A stretch of 64,000 nt of DNA from Sedimentisphaerales bacterium (lineage in GTDB: Bacteria > Planctomycetota > Phycisphaerae > Sedimentisphaerales > SM23-30): the NCBI GenBank assembly GCA_963666285.1, contig OY762711.1, one strand, 5' to 3'. The position numbers and the translations under genes were made by a program. The notes below the pieces were generated by a model. It saw only the letters and a list, made by a program, of their open reading frames with translations, was not told the origin of the DNA and did no database searches. This document shows positions 20,171-30,710 of this stretch, piece after piece; the first letter of the stretch is position 1; the number at the start of each line of letters is the position of its first letter.

Positions 20171-20659
20171 TCAGCTGAAATTATCCATTGTGCCTTCCGG
20201 CAGGTAGAATCTGAGCAGGCCCATAAACTGGTCATTAAAGACGAAGTTTTCTTCCGGGAATTCCATACCGGCAATATTGTTATCGATATGACTGAACATC
20301 ATTTTGATATCAGCGATAGTGTTTTCACCGCATTTGATTGTGCCTGTAATACTGGCAGCTTCATCTGCGATGTTGTCGATAACAACTTCCAGGGTAAGCT
20401 GGTCGCCCGGACGAACAATATCGTGGAAGGTTGCCTTGTTGATTTTGGCAAGGATAACCTTTTCCTTAAACTTTCGCTCGTATCCGACAAGAATTCCTCC
20501 GGTTTGTGCCATCGCTTCGATCATTAGAGAAGTAGGCATAATAGGAAAGCCTGGAAAATGATCGTGCAGATGTTCTTCGGCCAAAGTGACGTTCTTTATT
20601 GATACGGCACGTTTGCCCGGTTCAAACTCGGTAAATTTGTCTATCCAGATCCAACGCAT
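20171..20659 (-). CDS. FabZ-like 3-hydroxyacyl-ACP dehydratase
   Basis: WIDKF, DHFPGFPIMPTSLMIEAMAQ and VRPGD hot-dog motifs. Confidence 0.85.
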   Translation of the reverse strand: MRWIWIDKFTEFEPGKRAVSIKNVTLAEEHLHDHFPGFPIMPTSLMIEAMAQTGGILVGYERKFKEKVILAKINKATFHDIVRPGDQLTLEVVIDNIADEAASITGTIKCGENTIADIKMMFSHIDNNIAGMEFPEENFVFNDQFMGLLRFYLPEGTMDNFS

Positions 20660-20708
20660 TATAAATCAACTTATGGTTTCTGTTAGCAATATATCTGCTA
20701 ACTGATAT

Positions 20709-21095
20709 TTAGTTAACTTTACCTTCAACGAAGTTGATAATAGATGCAACAGTGAACAAGTCGCTCATTTTGTTAACATCCGGATCACTTTCGAAATCGC
20801 CCAGGTCAAGGTGAGGCATAGCACTTTTCAGTTTGTCAATACCGGCATCAGTAAGCTTGCCATCGGCAACAAATTCTTCGTTACTTGCCAGCTCGGCAGG
20901 AAATAGTTCTTCACGAGGAACTTTGATATCAAAAGCTTTTTCCAGGTTAAAGACGATTTCCAGGAAATCGATACTTTCAGCACCAAGGTCACCCATAAGA
21001 GTTGCTTCTTCTGTTACTTCGTCATCATCAACTCCCAGAGCGTCAACCAGGATTTCCTGAACTTTTTCTGCTATTTCTTCGCGGGTCATTGCCAT
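20709..21095 (-). CDS. Enlarged acyl carrier protein with internal insertion
   Basis: DLGAESIDFLEI phosphopantetheine-site motif; acidic; 128 aa versus about 80 for canonical AcpP. Confidence 0.88.
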   Translation of the reverse strand: MAMTREEIAEKVQEILVDALGVDDDEVTEEATLMGDLGAESIDFLEIVFNLEKAFDIKVPREELFPAELASNEEFVADGKLTDAGIDKLKSAMPHLDLGDFESDPDVNKMSDLFTVASIINFVEGKVN

Positions 21096-21139
21096 TTTAG
21101 TTTGAACCTCCGTTCAATATGGTATTATTCAAGTTAAAA

Positions 21140-21607
21140 TTATATTTGCATGAGCTGAAAACGTTTTTTTAGCTCAGTTTTAAGTTTTTGATCAATATCT
21201 GCCAGGCTGGAATCTTTATCTGCCAGGTTAAAATGCCTTAACTGAAGCCTGGCTTCAACCATGGACTTTCCGTCGCAGGTTCCTTCTGCTTTGAAAGAAC
21301 TTGTCTCAGAGTCGATGTTTTTGGCTTCGATAGATATCTTCAGGGTATTTCCCGGTTTGACAAAACTTTTATATTTTGCATTTTTTACTTCTGCAAGTGT
21401 TACCATGCTATGTGAGAAATCATTTGTAGCATGTACCAGCATAGCAGCAGCCTGAGTAAGCGCTTCGATCATCAAAACGCCAGGCAGTACCGGGAAATCG
21501 GGAAAGTGGTCGGCAAGGTATTCCTCGGCCAGTGAAACGGATTTAACCGCTTTCAGGCTGGAGCCGAGATTTAGCTCAGTTATCTTGTCAATCAGGACAA
21601 ATTTCAT
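21140..21607 (-). CDS. FabZ-like 3-hydroxyacyl-ACP dehydratase
   Basis: FVLIDKI, DHFPDFPVLPGVLMIEALTQ and FVKPG. Confidence 0.88.
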   Translation of the reverse strand: MKFVLIDKITELNLGSSLKAVKSVSLAEEYLADHFPDFPVLPGVLMIEALTQAAAMLVHATNDFSHSMVTLAEVKNAKYKSFVKPGNTLKISIEAKNIDSETSSFKAEGTCDGKSMVEARLQLRHFNLADKDSSLADIDQKLKTELKKRFQLMQI

Positions 21608-21878
21608 CTAAAAGATTTATCAATAAGTTCTTAGTTGTTGTTATATATAATTTTGTGTCTCCTGGCCGGGGTGGTCGGACATGTGTCAAACCTAATAGTT
21701 GCCAGAACTATGAAATTATATGTTTTTCGAGTCCTTTGTCAAGGGAGTAACTGGTTGTATGAGTTGGCAATTGAGTTATATCTTTCAGTATTCAAAATGA
21801 AGGACGTCAATATGATATATATAATGTCGGTTATTCTATTATTATCTATAAGTATTTATCTTATAAGAGGTAATCGTA

Positions 21879-22796
21879 TTATTTCGTTGTTGGTTTTGAT
21901 GACATTTCAGCAGCTTTTACAGCCATATCAAGGGAGTAAATAGATGTTCGGGCAGTAATATATAGAGTCTTTTTCTCTTTTCCACCGAAGGTAACGTTTG
22001 AAGGTCTTTCCGGCACAGATATTTTCTCGATTAGTATGCCGGTGGGATCGTATATTTCTACAGAGTCGGTAGTAATATAAATATTACCGTTCTGATCGAT
22101 AGTCATGCCGTCAGAACCTTTTTCGACTAGAAGTTTCTTTTCGATCAGGCATCCGTCTGGCTCAATTTTATATGAAAAAGTCTGGTTGGCTCCATGATCA
22201 GCAACATACAAGGTGTTACCGTTGGGAGTGCCAATAATTCCATTTGGACGTACCATGTCGCTGATGACTCTAAGTGCAGATTTACTTCTAGGAGGCAGAT
22301 AATATACATGTTCGCCATCCTGAGGGAGGTCCTTTCTATCACCATACCTGGGGTCAGTAAAATAAATACCACCGTTAGGGTCTATCCAAAGATCGTTTGG
22401 ACTGTTAAATGAGCAGCCTTCAAACTGGGAAGCTAATAATGTGATCTTTTTATCCTTATCTATAGAAACAAGTTTGCCAATACTGCCGCAGCAGGCAATC
22501 AAGTTGCCTTCAATATCGAATGCCAGGCCGTTTGCACCGCTTGAGTTATCAATAAAAGTAGAAAGTTTCTCTTCGGTTGACCATATGTGTATACGATTGT
22601 TAGGAATGTCGGTGAAATATATATTACCGGAACTATCGGAAGCCGGTCCTTCGGTGAATATGAAGTTCCCGGCAAGTTTCTTAATCTTGGCGTCGGGTGA
22701 TACAAGTTGAGGTTTTGCCGGTTTATCTTGAGCAAATACATTAGTGAATAATAGCGTAAGTGAAATAATCGATGCAAAAACAATATGAGTTTTCAT
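21879..22796 (-). CDS. Secreted SMP-30/gluconolactonase family protein
   Basis: Signal peptide; FTEGP, SPNDL, YFTDP, PNGI and SDGM beta-propeller motifs. Confidence 0.9.
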   Translation of the reverse strand: MKTHIVFASIISLTLLFTNVFAQDKPAKPQLVSPDAKIKKLAGNFIFTEGPASDSSGNIYFTDIPNNRIHIWSTEEKLSTFIDNSSGANGLAFDIEGNLIACCGSIGKLVSIDKDKKITLLASQFEGCSFNSPNDLWIDPNGGIYFTDPRYGDRKDLPQDGEHVYYLPPRSKSALRVISDMVRPNGIIGTPNGNTLYVADHGANQTFSYKIEPDGCLIEKKLLVEKGSDGMTIDQNGNIYITTDSVEIYDPTGILIEKISVPERPSNVTFGGKEKKTLYITARTSIYSLDMAVKAAEMSSKPTTK

Positions 22797-22946
22797 TTCA
22801 GACCTCTTTCAAAATAATGATTTCTATTTTTTTAATATAGATAACATATATTATTATATACATAAAAAGTGAAATACACCACATAGAGAATAAAAACAAG
22901 TTGGTTTTACGGCATTCAGAGATTATAATCAACTCAGAAAGGACTT

Positions 22947-24605
22947 ATGGGTATGATCTACAACAAAGCCAAAATCCATTTCATGTTATTATTTATTTTA
23001 TCTATTTTGCCAGCGAGAGTATGTGTTGGTTCAGATTCTATTATTCGATTCAATTCTCTTGGTTTTTTGCCAGATATGCCGAAGAGAGTTTCTATTATAT
23101 CCGAGTGCGAGGTTTTTCATGTAAAGGATGCTGTTACAGATGTAACAGTTTATTCTGGGACGGTGCGGGGGCCGGTTCACCAGGAAGATGTTGGCCAGGA
23201 TATCTGGCAGGCCGATTTTTCCGATTTTATGGAAACAGGCGAATATTATCTGGAGTTTGAACGGGTAGGGAAATCTATAAAATTTCGTATAGCAGATGAT
23301 GTATATAACCAGGCATATTATACCGCAATGCGTGGTTTTTATTTATGGCGATGTGGTACAGCGGTGGAGGGAAAACATAATGGTGAAATATTTTCACATA
23401 AGTTATGTCATTTGACCGATGGCCGGTTGGACTATATTGGAGGGGTAGGGACGCGACGAGATGGAGCCGGTGGTTGGCATGATGCCGGTGATTATGGCAA
23501 ATATACAGTAAACGCCGGAGTAACAATGGGTGTATTGTTCCTGGCGTGGGAGCAGTATCAATCTGTTTTAAAAGGGATATCACTTGATATTCCGGATACG
23601 GCGAAGGGTTATCCTGACTATCTGAAAGAATTGAAGTGGGAGACAGACTGGCTGCTGAAAATGCAGTATCCGGACGGTTCAGGGAGAGTCTCGCATAAAT
23701 TGACCAGACTGGGATTTTCCGGTTTTGTTATGCCAGAGGAAGATAAGGAGAAACGTTATTTTACCGATTGGAGTACGGCGGCGACAGCCGATTTTGTTGC
23801 GGTAATGGCAACAGCAGCTCGAATATTTAAGCCTTACGATGAGGAATATTCCAAAATCTGCCTGAAAGCAGCAATTGAAAGTTACGCTTGTCTGAAAATG
23901 TATCCTGAAAACAGGCCGGCAAATTTGAAAGGTTTTTCTACTGGCGGTTACGGAACTCGTGACAATGACGATAGACTCTGGGCGGCAGCGGCTATATGGG
24001 AGACGACAGGCAGTTCCGAATATCAATCGGATTTTGAGGATGCTGCCCGTCAGTCACGCAGAAAAATAGAAGCAGTATGGGATTGGGGTAATGTCGGAAA
24101 TCTGGGAATGATAACATATCTGTTTTCAAAACGTCCAGATAGAGATCCAGAGTTGCTGGAAGTTCTTCACAGGTCATTGATTTATACTGCTGATCTGATT
24201 GTGGAAACAGCGGAGAAGGATGTCTATAATAGGCCTTTAGGCGGTCGTTATTACTGGGGATGCAATGGGACAGTAGCCCGTCAGACAGTAATTTTAATGG
24301 CTGCATATCAGTTTGAGCAGGATATAAAATACAAAAATGCCTCGCTGGCCGTGGTTGATCATTTATTTGGCCGCAACTATTACGGCCGGTCATTTGTAAC
24401 GGGTATAGGCCACAACCCACCAATGAATCCGCACGATCGACGGAGCGGGGCGGATAGCATCATAAATCCATGGCCGGGATACCTGACAGGTGGCGGACAT
24501 ACCGCAACGGACTGGCAGGATATCCAGGATGATTACAGAACTAATGAAATAGCGATTAACTGGCAGGCAGCACTGGTTTATTCACTGGCGGCGGCAATTT
24601 CATAG
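22947..24605 (+). CDS. Glycoside hydrolase family 9 with N-terminal Ig-like domain
   Basis: GGWHDAGDYGKY catalytic motif, PHDRRS and TNEIAINWQA. Confidence 0.92.
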   Translation: MGMIYNKAKIHFMLLFILSILPARVCVGSDSIIRFNSLGFLPDMPKRVSIISECEVFHVKDAVTDVTVYSGTVRGPVHQEDVGQDIWQADFSDFMETGEYYLEFERVGKSIKFRIADDVYNQAYYTAMRGFYLWRCGTAVEGKHNGEIFSHKLCHLTDGRLDYIGGVGTRRDGAGGWHDAGDYGKYTVNAGVTMGVLFLAWEQYQSVLKGISLDIPDTAKGYPDYLKELKWETDWLLKMQYPDGSGRVSHKLTRLGFSGFVMPEEDKEKRYFTDWSTAATADFVAVMATAARIFKPYDEEYSKICLKAAIESYACLKMYPENRPANLKGFSTGGYGTRDNDDRLWAAAAIWETTGSSEYQSDFEDAARQSRRKIEAVWDWGNVGNLGMITYLFSKRPDRDPELLEVLHRSLIYTADLIVETAEKDVYNRPLGGRYYWGCNGTVARQTVILMAAYQFEQDIKYKNASLAVVDHLFGRNYYGRSFVTGIGHNPPMNPHDRRSGADSIINPWPGYLTGGGHTATDWQDIQDDYRTNEIAINWQAALVYSLAAAIS

Positions 24606-24637
24606 TAAAGAGAATACGCAACTAAAGATTTACTTAT

Positions 24638-24677
24638 AAAAAAAGCCAGGCAAGAGGAGGTAACCTGCCCGGCTTGT
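24638..24677 (-). terminator. Terminator between convergent GH9 and GH3 genes
   Basis: aagccaggca/tgcccggctt stem after an A run; the loop reads CCUCCUCU on the minus strand. Confidence 0.6.
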
Positions 24678-24734
24678 ATATTAAACCTATGCTTGCCCTA
24701 TTATTGTTTGCATAGTTTGCTGTTCATATGTGTG

Positions 24735-26576
24735 TTAATATGATAAACCGTAGCCATATGGGAATAGCGGATCGTAATCTTTGTCGCCGATATTTATTGG
24801 AAGTTGGGAAGTAGATTTAGGCCAGGTAAAGGAAAGTTTACCTTTGGGCTTACAATCACCAAACAGTACATCAGCGATACCATCGCCTTCGGTGCCTGGC
24901 AGCCAAGCAGCGACAAAAGCATCGGCATCGTTTATTGTTGATTCGACAATCATCGGTCTGCCGGAGTATAGAATTACAACGACTGGAATACCGGCTTTTT
25001 TCATATTTGCTACAGTCTGAATATCTTCTTTATCCAGGGTTAGTGTTTTGCTGTCGCCGTTACCCTCGGCATAAGGCTTTTCACCAATAACTACGATAGC
25101 AACATCAGCACCTTCGGCACCGGTTCCGTTTTCCTGGTAGGTTACTTTTGTGTCGCTGGAGACAGCATTTTTTACTGCCTGGAGGAAAGTGGTTCCTTTG
25201 GTAATTGGCCCGGCCTTACCTTGCCATTCGATAGTCCATCCGCCGCATTGGATACCGATGTCATTTGCTGCTTTGCCGCCGATATGTATTCTTTTTAATG
25301 ATTTCGAAAGAGGGAGCGTGTCATTGTCATTTTTTAGTAATACCAGTGACTCTCTAACAGCCTGGCGGGCAACCTTGCGATGTGCGTCAGAGCCAATTTC
25401 TTTTTGCAGTTTCAGGTCGGCTTTGTAATTATAATAGCTATCCATCATACCCATGGCAAATTTTACTCGCAGAATGCGGGTAACTGCATCATCAATACGA
25501 GACATTGGCACGGTACCTTCCTGGACCAGCTCCTTTAGGTATTTGAAGAACTGGCGGTAGTTGGTCGGCTCCATAGCCATATCCATGCCGGCATTAACGG
25601 AAATACCGATAGCCTTTTTGAAATCGGGATCAATCTGGCCGATAGCGTTATAATCTGAAATCAGAAAACCTTCAAAGCCAATCTCTTTTTTAAGTACATC
25701 GGTAAGCAGATATTTGTTTGCGGAAGATTTTAGACCGTTCCAGCTGCTGTATGAAGGCATAATCGAGCCAACGCCGTTTTTGACTGAAGCTGGATAGGGA
25801 TACAGGTGAATTCTCCTGAGTGTGGCTTCATCAACGCGGGTGTCGCCCTGGTCCCATCCTGCTTTTGAAGTATTTGGCGAGGTGCCGCCGTCTGCAACGT
25901 AGTGTTTGGAACAAGCCAGAACAGAATATGGATTATCGAGACTGTCACCCTGGAAACCTTTTACAGCAGCTGCACCTAGTTTGGAGACCAGTATCGGGTC
26001 TTCGGAAAAGCCTTCATAGGTTCTGCCCCAGCGTTCATCCTGTGGGACTGTAATGCAAGGTGCGAAAGTCCACTGTATGCCGGTACCTCGCATTTCTTTA
26101 GCTGTAATTTGAGCGGCTTCTTCAACGAGTTTAGCGTTTCGAGTACAACCCAGGCCAACATTGTGGGGGAATATTGTCGCTCCGACAATATTACTATGGC
26201 CATGTACGGCATCTATCCCATAGAGAAGCGGTATTTGCAGGCGGGTTTTCTTTGTTCGGCTCTGCAGGCTCTCATACAGTTCTGTCCAGTTAGTCGGGCT
26301 GTTTCCGGCTTTCGGGTCAGAGCTGCCGCCGCTCAAGATCGAACCAAGGTGGTAGTTTTCAATATCAGACAAATCCTTCAGGCCGGTATTTTCAGCCTGG
26401 ATCATCTGTCCGATTTTCTCATCGAGAGTCATTTGTGCGACAAGTTCTTTGGCCTGCCGGTCATATTTAAGCAATTCAGCCGTTTTATTGCCGATTAGCT
26501 GTTGGCATGATGTCAGGAACAGGCAGGAAGTGATAATAATAGAAAAACTAATTCTTTTTAGATAGCTTACATTCAT
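24735..26576 (-). CDS. GH3 beta-glucosidase/exoglucanase, lipoprotein
   Basis: Lipobox [33 protein letters not shown] nucleophile motif and AWLPGTEG. Confidence 0.93.
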   Translation of the reverse strand: MNVSYLKRISFSIIITSCLFLTSCQQLIGNKTAELLKYDRQAKELVAQMTLDEKIGQMIQAENTGLKDLSDIENYHLGSILSGGSSDPKAGNSPTNWTELYESLQSRTKKTRLQIPLLYGIDAVHGHSNIVGATIFPHNVGLGCTRNAKLVEEAAQITAKEMRGTGIQWTFAPCITVPQDERWGRTYEGFSEDPILVSKLGAAAVKGFQGDSLDNPYSVLACSKHYVADGGTSPNTSKAGWDQGDTRVDEATLRRIHLYPYPASVKNGVGSIMPSYSSWNGLKSSANKYLLTDVLKKEIGFEGFLISDYNAIGQIDPDFKKAIGISVNAGMDMAMEPTNYRQFFKYLKELVQEGTVPMSRIDDAVTRILRVKFAMGMMDSYYNYKADLKLQKEIGSDAHRKVARQAVRESLVLLKNDNDTLPLSKSLKRIHIGGKAANDIGIQCGGWTIEWQGKAGPITKGTTFLQAVKNAVSSDTKVTYQENGTGAEGADVAIVVIGEKPYAEGNGDSKTLTLDKEDIQTVANMKKAGIPVVVILYSGRPMIVESTINDADAFVAAWLPGTEGDGIADVLFGDCKPKGKLSFTWPKSTSQLPINIGDKDYDPLFPYGYGLSY

Positions 26577-26742
26577 TTTTATAATATACCTTTCAGAAGA
26601 ATTTTATTAAATCAACGTATGCTTAAATTATATATAGAAAATAGAAGAAAGAGGACGCCATTTTTGTAGTACTTACCGCCAATTTTGACAATTGGTTTAT
26701 AAAGATGGGTTATATGTGTGATACCATTTTTTGTGGGAAAAA

Positions 26743-26816
26743 TACGCCTGGCGGGATTCGAACCCACGACCTTCGGTTTAGGAAACCGATGCTCTATCCT
26801 GCTGAGCTACAGACGC
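26743..26816 (-). tRNA. tRNA-Arg (anticodon CCT), CCA not encoded
   Basis: GCGTCTGTAGCTCAGCAGGATAGAGCATCGGTTTCCTAAACCGAAGGTCGTGGGTTCGAATCCCGCCAGGCGTA folds as a cloverleaf; anticodon loop TTCCTAA, T-loop GTTCGAATC. Confidence 0.95.
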
Positions 26817-26952
26817 ATAAGCCGAAAAAATGCTCCGGCTTTGGATTTTGAAAGAGAAACTGTAACTGAAAACCAAGGCATTGTCAAGAGTGAACCTGAC
26901 AACGCCAGTTAAATATTTAAATTATTGTTATGTTATAACTGTTTGTTGAATA

Positions 26953-28029
26953 TTATTTTATGCTGAATTTGTGTATTGTAATGTGGTGGTATTTCTCACC
27001 CGGCTTCAGAACGGTTGTAGGGAAGTCCGGCTGATTGGGACTGTCAGGGAAATGCTGTGTCTCCAGGCATAATCCGGCAAATCTGTCGTATGGCAGTCCG
27101 GCAGGGTTTTTCAAGGTACCATCCAGATAATAAGCCGTATATAGTTGTACGCCGGGCTGATTGGTTCTAACCTCCATAAAACGACCGCTTTCCGGATCGT
27201 AAACTTCAGCGATTGGACTTAGCTTGTCGTTAAACTCGTCCGGGTTGCAGCTTGGGCTTTTAATAACAAAGTTATGATCGTAGCCAAACGGCAGGTCGAA
27301 AATATCATTACTGAGCGGCTTGGCGGTAGTGAAATCAAATGGAGTATCAGCTACCTTTGCGATTTCACCTGTCGGGATAAGACTATCATCAACAAGCGTG
27401 TATCTGTCAGCGTTCAGTTTAAGTATATGTTCGGTTATGTTGCAGTTACCGGCACCGCTAAGGTTCCAGTAGCTATGCTGAGTTAGGTTTATGATAGTAG
27501 CGGCATCGGTCAGGGCCTGGTAATCAAACTTTAGCTCGTTGTCGTTATTAAGCTCGTAAGTCATGGTGATATCCAGGTTGCCTGGATAGCCTTCTTCGCC
27601 GTCGGAGCTGTGCAGGGTAAGCAGAAGAGCGACAGAACCGTCTTTTGTCAATGTTTCAGCCTGCCAAACTTTTTTGTCAAAGCCTTTTATGCCGCCGTGT
27701 AGAGAGTTTGGCCCGTTGTTTATCGGTAGTGTGTACTCTTTACCTTCAAGAGCAAACTTACCTTCTTTTATCCGGTTACCGTAGCGACCAATTACGGCAC
27801 CAAAATAAGGCCCGGCTTTTAGATATGTATCGCTGGTGTAATCTTCTACACGGGCAAAACCAAGCTGGACATTATCGACTTTTCCTTTTTTGTCTGGTAC
27901 ATTCATTTCGACCAGTATACCGCCGTAATTAGTGATTTTGGCAGAGAGCCCGTTATCATTGGTCAGGGTAAACAGTTGGGTTTCAGTACCGTCTGACAGT
28001 TTGCCAAAGCTTTCTGTTTTTATGTCCAT
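26953..28029 (-). CDS. galM: Aldose 1-epimerase (galactose mutarotase)
   Basis: GRYGNRI, LHGG, GYPGNL, NLTQHSYWNL, YDHNF and CLETQHFPDSPN. Confidence 0.93.
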   Translation of the reverse strand: MDIKTESFGKLSDGTETQLFTLTNDNGLSAKITNYGGILVEMNVPDKKGKVDNVQLGFARVEDYTSDTYLKAGPYFGAVIGRYGNRIKEGKFALEGKEYTLPINNGPNSLHGGIKGFDKKVWQAETLTKDGSVALLLTLHSSDGEEGYPGNLDITMTYELNNDNELKFDYQALTDAATIINLTQHSYWNLSGAGNCNITEHILKLNADRYTLVDDSLIPTGEIAKVADTPFDFTTAKPLSNDIFDLPFGYDHNFVIKSPSCNPDEFNDKLSPIAEVYDPESGRFMEVRTNQPGVQLYTAYYLDGTLKNPAGLPYDRFAGLCLETQHFPDSPNQPDFPTTVLKPGEKYHHITIHKFSIK

Positions 28030-28083
28030 TATATTCTCCTATTAGTTCTTAGTGTATTTCATAATCTTCTATGAAGAAAATCT

Positions 28084-29418
28084 CTATTTTAGTGTTTTTT
28101 TACCGGATTCAAAGTCTTTTATTATTGTTGCCTGGTCATATAATTCGCCATCAGCTGTGTAGGCAAGGTATGTAAGGGTGTTGCCGTCAACCTTTATGAC
28201 CTGGAAAAACTGTTTTTGTACATCAGTTTTGTCTGGAGTATATCCCTGATCAGAGTAGCTTTCGAGCTGGTCTGTTGAAAGTTCGTACATCTTATGTCCG
28301 CTGACAGATGTAACATAAATGGTTTCAACGGAATCAGAGTTACCATATTCGTCGTCATTAGTTCTTACCGGCACATGCCCGCGTGCATAAGTATGGTCGT
28401 GGCCCTGTAGGACAAGGTCTACCCCGTATTTATCAATCAGCGGTTTCCATTTTTTACGTGCGTAAGGGAAGTCGCGTCCCTTGGCAGGAGAGAAGATAGA
28501 ATAATGGCAGGTTATGACTTTCCATTTAGCTCCGGGCCGCTCAAGCTGCTGTTTGAGATATTTCGTTTGAGCTTTGGTTTCCTGCATAGTGTTCAAAACT
28601 ATTACCCGCAGACCCTGGTAGTCAAAACTGTAAACATTTTCCTGAAGCACTTCCGGCAAATCAGGTTCCGGCGGCAGGGTGAATTGTGGTCGCCATTGAA
28701 GTGAAATAATATGTTCCGGCTTATTTTTGCTAAGAGCGTTTAGTTCGTGATTGCCGAGAACCGGCACACCGGTCCATTGCGAATGGATAAAACTGCCGGC
28801 TTTGAACCATTCAGCCCATTCCTGGTCTTTGTGGGAAGTATTGATAAGGTCACCGGCATGGATAGCAAAAACAGCATCCGGAGCCTTTTGGTATGCCATG
28901 CGAATAGCCCTGGACCAGTGGCTAAGTATTCCGGTTTGAGCATCACCGAAGTAAACAAAGTTAAAAGGGGCATATTCGGTTTTTGCGGTTCGAAACTGGA
29001 TCCATTCCGACCAGATTTTGTCCCCGTCTCCCACCCGGTAGATATAAAGAGTGTCAGGTTCTAATGACTCAAAAATAACAGAATGATAATTAACCTTGCC
29101 CTGGATGTTATACTGAGCTTCATTCAGGTCGATGGTTTCGGTTTTGGCTTCGACGGTACGTGATTTTGTGTCAAAATATGGAGAAGCTTCAGATTTTGCA
29201 ATTTGTGCGACAGATTTAGTGATGCTGGTGTCAGTTCGCCAGGTAACGGCTCTTGATGTGGCAGGATCGCCATAAAAAGTAAGGAAAATTCGGTCAGGGT
29301 CGGGACTGGCTTTTTCCCAATGATGCAGTTGGTTTTGGTTGTCATGTGCTATCAAAGCTGTTGTACTGCACAGCAATAACAGAATGGTAAAAATTATTTT
29401 AATAGAATCTGCTTTCAT
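28084..29418 (-). CDS. Secreted purple acid phosphatase-like metallophosphoesterase
   Basis: Signal peptide, FN3-like N-domain, and motifs GDAQ, HAGDL, GNHE and GHDH. Confidence 0.88.
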   Translation of the reverse strand: MKADSIKIIFTILLLLCSTTALIAHDNQNQLHHWEKASPDPDRIFLTFYGDPATSRAVTWRTDTSITKSVAQIAKSEASPYFDTKSRTVEAKTETIDLNEAQYNIQGKVNYHSVIFESLEPDTLYIYRVGDGDKIWSEWIQFRTAKTEYAPFNFVYFGDAQTGILSHWSRAIRMAYQKAPDAVFAIHAGDLINTSHKDQEWAEWFKAGSFIHSQWTGVPVLGNHELNALSKNKPEHIISLQWRPQFTLPPEPDLPEVLQENVYSFDYQGLRVIVLNTMQETKAQTKYLKQQLERPGAKWKVITCHYSIFSPAKGRDFPYARKKWKPLIDKYGVDLVLQGHDHTYARGHVPVRTNDDEYGNSDSVETIYVTSVSGHKMYELSTDQLESYSDQGYTPDKTDVQKQFFQVIKVDGNTLTYLAYTADGELYDQATIIKDFESGKKTLK

Positions 29419-29484
29419 TGTAATACTTTCTCTTTAATATACTTATAAAGTTTCTAAACCTTTTTTGAATATACTTCTGAATGA

Positions 29485-30522
29485 TTATAGTGCAGATTCG
29501 ATAGCTTTTCTTACTTTTTCTGCTGCTATTGCAGGATTATCAGCCGAGATAATATTCTGGCATACAGCAACAGCCTGGGCACCGGCGGCGATAGCATCAG
29601 CAGCATTTTTATCAGTAACACCACCAATAGCTACAATTGGGTTTTGAGTGATTTTTCTGGTTTTTTCGATAAAATCTGTTCCTGTCTTGGGAATATCAGG
29701 TTTTGTCTCACTGCCGAAAATTGAGCCTATCCCTATATAATCAATATCTTCGTCATTCGTAATGCTTACTTCATCCAGGTTGTGGCATGTGCGTCCAATT
29801 ATACTTGAAGATCCTACTATTTTACGGGCAGGCCCGGGCGGCAGGTCATTCATGCCCAAGTGAACACCGTGAGCATTTGAAATTGCAGCGAGGTCACATC
29901 GGTCATTTATTATAAACAGGGCGTTGTTTGTTTTACATAGCTCAGCAATAGCGCAGGCAGTATCAAGTGTTTCACTGCCGAGCAGTTCTTTTTCCCGATA
30001 CTGAATACAGTCGGTACCAGCTTCCAGTATGAGTCTGGCTGTTTCAACAGGGTCAAATTTGCACAGCTCCCCAGTGATTAGTACATAAAGTCGTACTTTG
30101 TCGAATTTTTTGCGGGAAATGCGGGCGAAAATCTGTTTTTCCAGTTCATAACCGTGATATCTGAGCTTTTCGATGCCGGCAGACACTTCAGGGGCAAAGG
30201 TTTTAGCGTATTCTTCGATTGCCCGCAGGGCTTCAGAGAGACGGGCTGCAGCAGCTTTTACAACTGCTGAGATGTTTTCCCGGTTAGTTTCGCTGGCCAG
30301 CGAAACTGTCGTGCCGACATCGCCGGGAGTGTCTCGGCTGTCTAGCAGGTCGGCGGCATTTAGTTTGCCAATCAGCCTGCATAATTCGTGGCGAGCTGAT
30401 TTGAAGCTTTCTGTAAGTGGTTGGTCGTCAAGTATAAAACGTGCGTATTCTTCCAAAACCCGCAGTCCTTCACGGCTGCGGTTGAAGTTTGCGTCTATGA
30501 TTCTTAGAATGCTGTTTTGCAT
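29485..30522 (-). CDS. thiE: Thiamine-phosphate synthase with N-terminal ThiD2-like helical domain
   Basis: RIIDANFNRSREGLRVLEEYARF N-domain; IQYREK, IINDR, GVHLG and VAIGG. Confidence 0.9.
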   Translation of the reverse strand: MQNSILRIIDANFNRSREGLRVLEEYARFILDDQPLTESFKSARHELCRLIGKLNAADLLDSRDTPGDVGTTVSLASETNRENISAVVKAAAARLSEALRAIEEYAKTFAPEVSAGIEKLRYHGYELEKQIFARISRKKFDKVRLYVLITGELCKFDPVETARLILEAGTDCIQYREKELLGSETLDTACAIAELCKTNNALFIINDRCDLAAISNAHGVHLGMNDLPPGPARKIVGSSSIIGRTCHNLDEVSITNDEDIDYIGIGSIFGSETKPDIPKTGTDFIEKTRKITQNPIVAIGGVTDKNAADAIAAGAQAVAVCQNIISADNPAIAAEKVRKAIESAL

Positions 30523-30562
30523 AGATGATTATTATATTCATATTGGGATATGATTCAAATTC

Positions 30563-30596
30563 AAAAAAAAGGGACATCAGATTTGATGCCCCTTTT
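30563..30596 (-). terminator. Intrinsic terminator after gltA
   Basis: aaaagggacatca/tgatgcccctttt stem with an A8 run. Confidence 0.75.
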
Positions 30597-30710
30597 ATGT
30601 ATCGTGTTATATTTATACATAGTGTATGATTTTGACCGACGCTCGGAAGGTATGTGATGAGATCATTTACACCACGCTCGAACGGCCATTTTCAACTGTT
30701 ATGGGTATAT

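Noticed and set aside
21655..21685. Possible att remnant of the tRNA-Arg 3' end (cctggccgggg)
   Set aside because: Match is too short and no integrase is present.
21635..21943. 102-aa hydrophobic plus-strand ORF
   Set aside because: TTG start without a clear RBS, AT-rich intergenic DNA, and overlaps the lactonase 3' end; unsupported.
30523..30710. TPP riboswitch upstream of thiE
   Set aside because: No UGAGA or ACCUG...GCG core on the minus strand.
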